NCBI GenBank assembly: GCA_045613285.1
Contig: JAZLAQ010000026.1
Location: forward strand, 10,556 to 74,555
Direction: 5' to 3'
From: Alphaproteobacteria bacterium
Lineage (GTDB): Bacteria > Pseudomonadota > Alphaproteobacteria > CAAHEQ01 > UBA3637
Length of the DNA stretch: 64,000 nucleotides
Shown one piece after another: positions 27,100-35,059 of the stretch. How positions within the stretch are numbered: the stretch's first letter is position 1; every line of letters begins with the position of its first letter. Below the pieces are notes generated by a model. It was not told the DNA's origin. It saw only the letters and a program-made list of their open reading frames with translations, and did no database searches. Position numbers and translations under genes: made by a program.

Positions 27100-29166
27100 A
27101 TGCAGAATTGTAAACAGGATGAGCGTGGTTCTCTGATGGTTGAGGTTCTGGCCGTTGTTGCCTTGTTGGGCTTGGTCGGGACGGTTTTGTATCGTCAGAT
27201 TGATAACCGAAATAAAGAACTGGATAATATTAATATGGCTTCTGAAACCCGTATGGTAAAAGAAGCTGTTAAAGCCTATATTCAGGCTAATCATGCTTGG
27301 TTGGAAGAACAATGTCGGGCAAGTATTGACGATGGGTATTGTGAACTTGGGGAAGTTGATGATGATACTCGTTCAGATATTGATTTGTATATGCCGGCTT
27401 ATGCAGCTTGCTATGATGGCGATGGCAATTGCTTGTTGAATAATTATGATATTTATATGAGCGGTTATGTTGTGGATGCTGATTTATCCCCACGGGTGGC
27501 CTTGTATGCAACTATCAAACCGAATTATCAGTTGATTGGTGGATTAAAACGGGCGGCCCGTATTGCCAACCTGATTGGTACGGATGGTGGTGTTTTTGAT
27601 GGTGAGGACGGATCAACCTTGTACGGAACTATGGGGGCATGGGAAACAGCTTGTCCATGGGGAGATTGTGATCAAGGCGATGGTGCTTATTTTGTGGCGA
27701 CAACGGGGATGGATATCTATATTCCAGAAACAGAAAATAATGCCGATAATGTGGTGGCTTTCCCGAAAAAATTAGCCTTAACGGAATTGCATGGTGCTAA
27801 CTATTTGTCTGTTGGTGGTAATTGTGTGACTTTAACGGAAGGTGGCTATTTCTTGCATGAAGCCGGTATAAAGGATGGAAAGGCAACAGACGATAGTGTT
27901 AAACGTGTCGGGACTGATTTATGTGATCCGTTATTTTGGGTCGGGTCTGTATCCGGTGTCGGTTCAGATAAGTCGGAAGCCGGTCAGGTTTATATGAAAA
28001 ACGGTTTGTACATCGGACGGGATAATGCCAATGACAAGCAAGCTATTGCTTTAGAAAAAACAAAGGTCGGCGCCGGTAAAATTACCGTTTTTGATGAAAC
28101 GGGTGATGAACGGTTGGTTTTGAATGCCAGTGGTAAAATTGTCGGTCGAACGAATGATGTCACCGGAAAAGGATTCCAGTTAGATGCTAAAAGTGGGTCT
28201 TTGATTTTGTTTGAAGAAAAGAATGTAACAATAGGTGGAGAGTCCCGCCGTGTTCAGGTCCAAAATACCCGTATTAAAGACGGTGTTCTGGAAACGGGAA
28301 TAGAGTATACCTATAAGGATGATGCTGGAAATAATAGAACGGAAAACTTTAAAGTAGATCCGGCCTATACATCTGTTATGAATGACATTCGGTTGGCTTC
28401 CCGCGGTGGGGCAAGATTGAGTGATATCCTGCCTGATTATATTTTAAAGGGAATGCATACGGTTGAACACTGTGTAGCCAATAATTCTGGTGTGTCAATT
28501 CCAAAGCCACCTTGTCCGGCGGGATATACGCGGGCAATAACGTTTACGTTGACCAGTTTTCCTGTAGGGATTTCCGATATTACTTTAGATTTACCGCCAG
28601 TGACAGTTAATCCGAATGGAGAAGATGGGTCTGTAACCGTTGATCCTGCTGCTGTTCAAGGGCTTGTTAAAACAACGGGTAATAATGTGATAGCTGGTGT
28701 AAACGGTAGTCCTTTGCAGGTAACGCAAATCGGATATCCTTGGATAAAAATTACTGATGATAATAGTAATTGGAATATTCAAATTTTTAATGAAAATGAT
28801 TTACCAAATAGGGCTGATTGTCTGGATGGGAATTATGGATTGGCACAAACATATTGTGTGTTTTCTGAAAGTAATATTAATGCAGAAGATGGTCTTAATG
28901 GTTTTGGGTTGAGTCGAGAAGCGTTTGAGGCACCTGATCTTCCTGATGCGGACAGAGGATGTACTTCAAACACGGATTGTACCAATACGGAAACGTGTGT
29001 CAGTAATGTCTGTACGCCGTTGGGAACTTGTACAAAAAGTGATGGATCATTTGAAGGTGGCAATGTTTACTGCATCGATGGGCAGAAAGTTTATATGGAC
29101 TGTGGTTTGAGTGAGAGTGATACTTGTGAAGACGGAAAAAACTGCGTTAACTATCGTTGTGAATAA
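27100..29166 (+). CDS. Large type IV pilin-like protein (pilin-like adhesin candidate 3) with C-terminal Cys-rich knot
   Basis: Leader MQNCKQDERG, then cleavage-site G|SLMVEVL with Glu at +5 and a hydrophobic helix AVVALLGLVGTVLY. A ~650-aa extracellular region follows. The last ~75 aa carry 12 Cys (GCTSNTDCTNTETCVSNVCTPLGTC...CVNYRCE). The 27082 ATG has no RBS, so 27100 is preferred. Confidence 0.7.
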   Translation: MQNCKQDERGSLMVEVLAVVALLGLVGTVLYRQIDNRNKELDNINMASETRMVKEAVKAYIQANHAWLEEQCRASIDDGYCELGEVDDDTRSDIDLYMPAYAACYDGDGNCLLNNYDIYMSGYVVDADLSPRVALYATIKPNYQLIGGLKRAARIANLIGTDGGVFDGEDGSTLYGTMGAWETACPWGDCDQGDGAYFVATTGMDIYIPETENNADNVVAFPKKLALTELHGANYLSVGGNCVTLTEGGYFLHEAGIKDGKATDDSVKRVGTDLCDPLFWVGSVSGVGSDKSEAGQVYMKNGLYIGRDNANDKQAIALEKTKVGAGKITVFDETGDERLVLNASGKIVGRTNDVTGKGFQLDAKSGSLILFEEKNVTIGGESRRVQVQNTRIKDGVLETGIEYTYKDDAGNNRTENFKVDPAYTSVMNDIRLASRGGARLSDILPDYILKGMHTVEHCVANNSGVSIPKPPCPAGYTRAITFTLTSFPVGISDITLDLPPVTVNPNGEDGSVTVDPAAVQGLVKTTGNNVIAGVNGSPLQVTQIGYPWIKITDDNSNWNIQIFNENDLPNRADCLDGNYGLAQTYCVFSESNINAEDGLNGFGLSREAFEAPDLPDADRGCTSNTDCTNTETCVSNVCTPLGTCTKSDGSFEGGNVYCIDGQKVYMDCGLSESDTCEDGKNCVNYRCE

Positions 29167-29317
29167 TATGACATAATAAAAAGGTTGTTTTTTTTGGGGA
29201 TGATTGGTTCTTGAGCCATTCATCCTTTTTTATTCATTTTTTTTGGGGTTGACTTTTTTTAAAAAATCGGGTATATGGATAGTACCTGAATTATCAGGTT
29301 GAATTAGGAGAAAGAAA

Positions 29318-29737
29318 ATGTCTATTGTTACTTTGCCCCCGAATTATAAACCTTCTAAAAAAGAAGAATACATGAATGAAATGCAGTTGGAGTATTTCAA
29401 ACGCAAATTGTTGGATTGGCGTTCCGAATTGATGAAGGAATCCGAAACAACTTTGCAGGATTTGAAAGAAACAAATCTGGCAGAAGCTGATGCTAATGAT
29501 CGGGCCAGTAGTGAAACAGATCAATCTCTGGAGTTGAGAACACGGGACAGAATGCGTAAACTGATAAAAAAAATCAATCAGGCTCTGGATAGAATAGAAG
29601 CCGGTACTTACGGTTATTGTGAAGAGACAGGGGAACCCATCGGATTGGCTCGTTTGGAAGCTCGTCCGGTTGCAACTTTAAGCATTGAAGCCCAAGAACG
29701 GCATGAACGCAAGGAAAAAAACTTTGCTGAAGAATAA
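29318..29737 (+). CDS. dksA: RNA polymerase-binding transcription factor DksA
   Basis: Coiled-coil region with DxxDxA-like acidic tip (ADANDRASSETD). C4 zinc finger GTYGYCEETGEPIGLARLEARPVA. RBS AGGAGA upstream. Confidence 0.85.
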   Translation: MSIVTLPPNYKPSKKEEYMNEMQLEYFKRKLLDWRSELMKESETTLQDLKETNLAEADANDRASSETDQSLELRTRDRMRKLIKKINQALDRIEAGTYGYCEETGEPIGLARLEARPVATLSIEAQERHERKEKNFAEE

Positions 29738-30320
29738 CCTCTGGAAACTGAAACAGGATTTTATTTTAGCATCCGGATCACCTCAGCGTTTGCGGTTGCT
29801 GGATTGTGCAGGATTTCATCCGGCGGAAATTATAACCGCAGATGTAGATGAAACACCTCTGCCGAAAGAATTGCCTGCCCGTTATGTTCATCGAATTGCC
29901 ATTAAAAAAGCAATGGCGGTTGCTGAATTGAAACCAAATACTTGTATCTTGGGGGCGGATACCGTTATTGCGGTCGGAAAACGTATTATCCGAAAGGCTA
30001 AAACAAAAGATGAGGCTGAACAAAACCTAAAACTTTTATCCGGTCGTCGTAGTCGTGTTATTACAGGTTTCTGTGTGATTACACCCGCCGGAAAGCAAAT
30101 TGCAAAGGTTGTTCAAACAACCGTTGAAATTAAAAATATGGACCCTTCGGATATACAAGCCGTCCTGGATTCCGGTGAATGGGAAAATGTAGCCGGTTAT
30201 CGGATAGAAGGTGTCTTGTCTGCTTGTGTGCGGAAAATTATCGGCTCTCATCCGAATATTGTTGGCTTGCCGATTTTTGAGGTGGCTCAGGTTCTGAAGG
30301 GTGTTTTGCGTCAGGAATGA
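29685..30320 (+). CDS. maf: Maf-like nucleotide pyrophosphatase (septum formation protein Maf)
   Basis: ILASGSPQRLRLL...ILGADTVIAVGKRII...GLPIFEV are Maf motifs. The annotated ATG overlaps the dksA 3' end by ~50 bp. The true start may be a downstream TTG, so the 5' end is uncertain. Confidence 0.75.
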   Translation: MKPKNGMNARKKTLLKNNLWKLKQDFILASGSPQRLRLLDCAGFHPAEIITADVDETPLPKELPARYVHRIAIKKAMAVAELKPNTCILGADTVIAVGKRIIRKAKTKDEAEQNLKLLSGRRSRVITGFCVITPAGKQIAKVVQTTVEIKNMDPSDIQAVLDSGEWENVAGYRIEGVLSACVRKIIGSHPNIVGLPIFEVAQVLKGVLRQE

Positions 30321-31234
30321 AAATCTTTCAAAATAATGAATGTGGTGAAAATCGTGTTGCCCTGAGCGACGGGAAAACTGTTCTGGCGGTGTCTGTTAAA
30401 CAAGATATTGTTTTGAATGTTGGGGAAATCATATCGGCACAAATAACAGATTATCATACAGGATTAAAAGGATACTTTGCTCAAACAGAAAAGGGGGCTG
30501 TTTTTCTGCCGACCAGTGTTCCTTTGACGCAGGGGCAAACTGTTTATGTCCAAATCACCAAAGAGGCCCGTCAGGATAAAGATGCAACGGCTGTTTTAAC
30601 AGACGAAACACCCAGACCGGCACCGGATATGGCTGAACTGTGGGCTGAACGTTATCAAATCGATATTATCCCCGTATCCGCCGAAGACATGGATGAAATG
30701 ATTGAAGATGCTTTAGCGGGAAATATAACTTTATCCGGTGGTGAAACATTGCATATTGAACGGACAAAAGTGTGTTGGACTATTGATGTGGATACGGCTA
30801 AGTCTCATGATGATTTATTAACCGTTAATCGGCGGGTTGTTCCGGAAATCCTGAAACAAATAACCCTTAAAAATATGGGTGGGGTGATTCTGGTCGATTT
30901 TGCCGGCAGTAAACGGGGTAAAATTAAACATATTATAGAACGGGAATTAAAATCTCTTGTTTCAGATGATATGACTGTTTTGGGTGGTTGGACGTCTATG
31001 GGGCTTTATGAGATACAAAGAAAACGGGAATGTGCCGCTTTGTGGGATAAATGTGCTACGGATAATCCGATTTCAGTATACTATCGAATCTTACGTGCTG
31101 TGAAAAAATGCCGGTGTGGGGATAGTGTTATAGAGGCTTCCCCGATAATTTTACCTCTTTTGCATAAAAAAAACTTGAAATGCGTTCCTGTTTTTGATAA
31201 AACAGTATCTTATTTTGAAATTAAGGAGAAATGA
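30317..31234 (+). CDS. Compact RNase E/G-family ribonuclease (Rng-like, 305 aa)
   Basis: S1-like N-terminus with DNase-I-like catalytic motifs TIDVDTAKS and GGVILVDFAGS. It sits in the conserved maf-rng-yacG context and overlaps maf by 4 bp (ATGA). Confidence 0.7.
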   Translation: MKIFQNNECGENRVALSDGKTVLAVSVKQDIVLNVGEIISAQITDYHTGLKGYFAQTEKGAVFLPTSVPLTQGQTVYVQITKEARQDKDATAVLTDETPRPAPDMAELWAERYQIDIIPVSAEDMDEMIEDALAGNITLSGGETLHIERTKVCWTIDVDTAKSHDDLLTVNRRVVPEILKQITLKNMGGVILVDFAGSKRGKIKHIIERELKSLVSDDMTVLGGWTSMGLYEIQRKRECAALWDKCATDNPISVYYRILRAVKKCRCGDSVIEASPIILPLLHKKNLKCVPVFDKTVSYFEIKEK

Positions 31235-31440
31235 TTATGAAGGAAACACCAAATTTACATGCTAAATGTCCCGTTTGTGGACAGCCGGTAACCTTGGAAT
31301 ATAAGCCTTTTTGCAGTAAGCGTTGTGCCGATGTAGACTTGGGACGTTGGATGAAAGGTTGCTATGTTGTTCATACGGAAGAACGGCCGATCGTGTCGGA
31401 TTTAGACATCCTGATTGGTGAGTTTGGGCAGAAAAATTAA
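31231..31440 (+). CDS. yacG: DNA gyrase inhibitor YacG (zinc-ribbon)
   Basis: CPVCGQPVTLEYKPFCSKRCADVDLGRWM matches YacG CxxC...CxxC; 69 aa. Confidence 0.8.
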   Translation: MIMKETPNLHAKCPVCGQPVTLEYKPFCSKRCADVDLGRWMKGCYVVHTEERPIVSDLDILIGEFGQKN

Positions 31441-31514
31441 AAAAAATTAAAAAAAGTAAAAAAAAGACTGGACTTTTGAATCATTTTGGTGTATATATTC
31501 AAAATCAGGTTTTG

Positions 31515-31590
31515 GCCTGGGTAGCTCAGTCGGTAGAGCAAGGGACTGAAAATCCCTGTGTCGGCGGTTCGATTCCGTCCCCAGGCACCA
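31515..31590 (+). tRNA. tRNA-Phe (anticodon GAA)
   Basis: GCCTGGG-TA-GCTC-AGTCGGTA-GAGC-A-AGGGA-CTGAAAA-TCCCT-GTGTC-GGCGG-TTCGATT-CCGTC-CCCAGGC-ACCA. It aligns closely with E. coli tRNA-Phe. Confidence 0.9.
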
Positions 31591-31597
31591 TGTATTA

Positions 31598-31629
31598 TAG
31601 CCCTCAAAAAAATGAGGGCTTTTTCTTTT
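31598..31629 (+). terminator. Terminator after tRNA-Phe
   Basis: tagccctca-aaaaaa-tgagggct hairpin followed by a T-run. Confidence 0.7.
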
Positions 31630-31688
31630 AATCGCAAGCTATTCGGTCAGTCCGATAGTCCGATTGTTAAAAATCGTTAAAATTCACT

Positions 31689-31702
31689 AATTATCGGACT
31701 AT
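31689..31702. repeat. Left copy of a 14-bp perfect inverted repeat (attatcggactatt) flanking the GNAT gene; right copy at 32328-32341
   Basis: The two 14-mers are exact reverse complements. Related hairpins (agccctca...gagggct) at 31598-31620 and 32365-32390 lie outside them in inverted orientation. The agtccgat 8-mer recurs at 31648 and 31657. Confidence 0.55.
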
Positions 31703-32247
31703 TTCAAATCAGCTCTTAATTTCGAAAAAATATTTTGATCACGATACCGCTTTTGAGAAATAGAATAAATATTCTGTCTCAAAACACCTTCAAATTTATA
31801 CCCTGCCTTTATGGCAACATTGGCAGAACGCTGATTTAAAACATCTGTATGTATAACAATTCGGTTAAAATCATTATCAAACAATTCTTTTTCTATAAGT
31901 GCAACTGCTTCACTCATATAGCCTTTTCCAGTATAGTCCGTATCTAACCAATAGCCGATTTCTGCACGTTTATGTTGCCATGCTACGTTTATTACACTAA
32001 TCAAACCGATGAATTTTTTTCCCATATATATTTCATATACAAATTGGGCATTATTGTCCCAATCAACATTGACTTTTTCTAAAAATTTCAAAATATTCTC
32101 TGGGGAGTGTGTTTCCTCTACCCAACCAAGCCAAGGGGAAAATACATCTCTACATTTATCAATGGTTGCATATATCCGTTCAGCTGTTTCCACATTAAAT
32201 GTTGCTCTCTTTAATGCTATACGCTCGCTCAGTATGTTTTCACGCAT
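31699..32247 (-). CDS. GNAT family N-acetyltransferase (RimL/RimJ-like)
   Basis: 182 aa. The GNAT core (IGLISV...RAEIGYWLDTDYTGKGYMSEAV...) resembles the ribosomal-protein-acetyltransferase subfamily. Confidence 0.75.
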   Translation of the reverse strand: MRENILSERIALKRATFNVETAERIYATIDKCRDVFSPWLGWVEETHSPENILKFLEKVNVDWDNNAQFVYEIYMGKKFIGLISVINVAWQHKRAEIGYWLDTDYTGKGYMSEAVALIEKELFDNDFNRIVIHTDVLNQRSANVAIKAGYKFEGVLRQNIYSISQKRYRDQNIFSKLRADLK

Positions 32248-32327
32248 GAATACTTCCTCCTAAAACCTCTTTAAGTTTAGCAAAAATTTGAATAGATTAC
32301 AACTGTATTTTTTCCAATTTTTCTGTA

Positions 32328-32341
32328 ATAATAGTCCGATA
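32328..32341. repeat. Right copy of the 14-bp inverted repeat (aatagtccgataat) flanking the GNAT gene
   Basis: Reverse complement of 31689-31702. Confidence 0.55.
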
Positions 32342-32361
32342 ATCGCAAAGCAGCGCGCACC

Positions 32362-32397
32362 ATGTTTTAAAGCCCTCATTTAAACGAGGGCTTTTTA
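32362..32397 (+). terminator. Orphan hairpin and T-run (agccctcatttaaacgagggct-ttttatttt), an inverted partner of the tRNA-Phe terminator hairpin
   Basis: Perfect 7-bp stem followed by T-rich sequence. No plus-strand gene lies immediately upstream. Confidence 0.4.
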
Positions 32398-32544
32398 TTT
32401 TATCCGACATACGGAAACACCATAAAAACATTAAAAACGTATAAAAATAAACACTTCACAATTCTTGGTGAGCATATTTTTTTAGTATTTGGATGAAATG
32501 AGCAAGTCATTATTTGTTTAGCTCCTCAAAAAAAATTAATTACT

Positions 32545-32580
32545 TGACAATTTTTTTTTCTCATGTTAAACTGAATATAA
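32545..32580 (+). promoter_or_regulatory. Putative promoter (TTGACA ... TGnTAAACT) for the 339-aa hypothetical gene
   Basis: -35 TTGACA with a 17-nt spacer, then an extended -10-like tgttaaact. RBS GGAGG lies before the ATG at 32597. Confidence 0.4.
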
Positions 32581-32596
32581 AGGCAGGAGGTTTATC

Positions 32597-33616
32597 ATGA
32601 TATATTCAGAAGAAGTCCCCTTTGATAAAGTTAGATTAATGTTATTTCGAGATAATAATCTGATGGAAGGTTGGGTAAATCCATTACCTCCTGAGAGTTG
32701 GAAACCTTGTTGGGGGTCATCTCTGAATGCAAATGGCGTTATCCATACCATTGAAGCCCGCAAAAGTCCTAGAGAATTTAATATTACTCAAACCTTTCAA
32801 AATGGTTCTGAAATTAAGACAAGGATGTCTAAAGGAGAGTTTAAATGGGATATTAAATCTGAAAATGATGCACAGAAGACGAAGATGTTTCGTTCACCTA
32901 AGGGGGTTATTCAGCACAGCGAAAATGAAGATTTTTTATGGAAAAGACAATTTCTACAAAATGGTGATGCATCTATTACTACAATTAACAAAAAGACCAA
33001 GGAAATGACACGGACATTACTAAAAAATCCAAGTCTTGAAAGTGAAAAAAATGTAGGATTAAAGTGTGTTTTATCCCGTAGTTCTCAAAAAAACACATCC
33101 GCTGGTGTAAATATAACAAATCCTCTTAGAAATACAATAAAAGCTGGTATTCAAACCGCCATAATTACAGAAGGTTTTACTCAATGGGATAAACTTTTAT
33201 CACATCCTGAGGTAGCAGTGGATGCTATTCAAGGAGCTAAATACTTTTATCAAGATATTAAAAATTTACCACCAGATCAGCAAAAACAAGCAATGAAAAA
33301 GGTGGCTATACAAGTGACCAAAGAAGTTGGAAAAACCTTTAAAGATGAAGCAATTGAAACGGTAGAAAAAGGGTGTGGAATTGCACGTGATTTATATGAA
33401 ATGGATTCTGAAACACGCTCTCAATTTTTGAAAGATGTGTGTGTAGGAACAGTTAAAGATCTTAACAATATGAAGCAATCAGTAAAAGAATTGATAGATC
33501 TTCCTTTTTCAGATAAAATATCAATTGCAAAGAATATTGGAAATAAAGGTATTGAAAAAGGAAAAACACTATTGGCTGGAGCTAAAAAGATTTATGATGC
33601 AATAACGTCAAGGTAA
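32597..33616 (+). CDS. Hypothetical protein (339 aa, Lys-rich, AT-rich gene)
   Basis: Strong RBS and no signal peptide. No recognisable motifs. It lies in a tRNA-Phe-adjacent islet with the GNAT gene. Confidence 0.5.
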   Translation: MIYSEEVPFDKVRLMLFRDNNLMEGWVNPLPPESWKPCWGSSLNANGVIHTIEARKSPREFNITQTFQNGSEIKTRMSKGEFKWDIKSENDAQKTKMFRSPKGVIQHSENEDFLWKRQFLQNGDASITTINKKTKEMTRTLLKNPSLESEKNVGLKCVLSRSSQKNTSAGVNITNPLRNTIKAGIQTAIITEGFTQWDKLLSHPEVAVDAIQGAKYFYQDIKNLPPDQQKQAMKKVAIQVTKEVGKTFKDEAIETVEKGCGIARDLYEMDSETRSQFLKDVCVGTVKDLNNMKQSVKELIDLPFSDKISIAKNIGNKGIEKGKTLLAGAKKIYDAITSR

Positions 33617-33798
33617 TTAAAAAACGTAATAAATACGGTTTTTATGGTTGAAAGGGACATGTAATGTACGATTCAACTGTTTGATGACATTTTAATAAAT
33701 TTTTGATGTTATGTTAATAAAAAATAACATTGATTCTACCAAAACTGAAGTAAAAAAACACCCCACCGACAGGCAGGGCGTTTTTTGTTTAGATAATC

Positions 33799-34860
33799 TT
33801 ATTTAACAATCCGAGGATTTAATTCGCCGGAAGCATATCTTTTGGCCATATCTGCCAAAGAAATGGCTTTAATCTTGTCCCCATGGCCGGCGGCGCCGAA
33901 TTCCTGATAACGGGCTTCACAAACAGCCTGCATAGCATCCATTGCCGGTTTTAAATATTTACGCGGATCAAATTCTTCCGGTTTCGTTACATAAACCTTG
34001 CGAATAGCACCAGTCATTGCCATACGTAAATCTGTATCTACGTTGACTTTGCGAACACCGTACTTGATGGCTTCTTGAATTTCTTCAACAGGAACACCGT
34101 ATGTTTGAGGCATTTTACCACCGTATGTGTTGATGATATCTTGTAAATCTTGCGGAACGGAAGAAGAACCGTGCATAACCATGTGAGTGTATGGTAATTT
34201 TTCGTGAATCTTTTTGATTGTATCAATAGACAAAATGGCCCCGTCCGGTTTACGTGTGAATTTGTAAGCCCCGTGTGATGTCCCAATGGCAACTGCCAAA
34301 GCATCCACATGTGTTTCTTCCACAAAACGAACGGCATCATCCGGATCTGTTAATAATTTAGATTTGTCAATTTCACCATCAAAGCCGTGGCCGTCTTCTT
34401 TTTCGCCTTTACCTGTTTCCAAAGAACCGATACAGCCGAGTTCGCCTTCAACGGAAACACCAACAGCGTGGGCAACATCTGTTACTTGCTTTGTAACACA
34501 AGCGTTATATTCATGGCTGGCCGGTGTGCCGTCCGGCATTAAAGATCCGTCCATCATAACGGAAGTAAAGCCATTGGTCATAGCTGAGTAGCAAACATTC
34601 GGAGTTGGACCATGATCTTGGTGAACACAAATCGGTAATTCCGGATACATTTCAACACCGGCCATCATTAAATGTTTTAAAACGGCGTCATTTGCATAAC
34701 CGCGAGCCCCTTTGGAGGCTTGAATAATAACAGGGGCGTTTACTTTTTTAGCAGCGGCCAGAATAGCCAAAACCTGCTCCATGTTATTAACGTTAAAAGC
34801 CGGAATACCATAGTTGTATTCGGCAGCGTGATCCAGTAATTGTCTTAAAGAAACTAACAT
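33799..34860 (-). CDS. fbaA: Class II fructose-bisphosphate aldolase
   Basis: MLVSLRQLLDHAAEYNYGIPAFNVNN..., with the conserved HQDHG and HGSS motifs of class II FBA. Confidence 0.9.
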   Translation of the reverse strand: MLVSLRQLLDHAAEYNYGIPAFNVNNMEQVLAILAAAKKVNAPVIIQASKGARGYANDAVLKHLMMAGVEMYPELPICVHQDHGPTPNVCYSAMTNGFTSVMMDGSLMPDGTPASHEYNACVTKQVTDVAHAVGVSVEGELGCIGSLETGKGEKEDGHGFDGEIDKSKLLTDPDDAVRFVEETHVDALAVAIGTSHGAYKFTRKPDGAILSIDTIKKIHEKLPYTHMVMHGSSSVPQDLQDIINTYGGKMPQTYGVPVEEIQEAIKYGVRKVNVDTDLRMAMTGAIRKVYVTKPEEFDPRKYLKPAMDAMQAVCEARYQEFGAAGHGDKIKAISLADMAKRYASGELNPRIVK

Positions 34861-35059
34861 ATCTTTTCCTTTCTGTTGTTGTTGTTTAAGTGTGTGTGTT
34901 TATATCATATCTTGAAACTGAAATCAAGTCTTTTGTTTTTTTGAACAAAACATTTTTGTGATACTTTTTTGACAATTATCTACTTTAAAACGGGTGGACT
35001 TGACAGATACCCCTTTTTTATGCTATAAAACATACGTTTTTATTTAGAAAGGATATTTC

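Noticed and set aside
32362-32397. Possible small RNA gene ending at the orphan terminator hairpin
   Set aside because: No promoter or conserved structure can be seen upstream. The hairpin is better explained as the inverted partner of the tRNA-Phe terminator hairpin flanking the GNAT cassette. It is left as a repeat/terminator only.
33630-33798. Terminator for fbaA or the 339-aa gene in the aaaaaaacaccccaccgacaggcagggcgtttttt region
   Set aside because: I could not find a convincing stem preceding the T-run by eye, so I did not annotate it.
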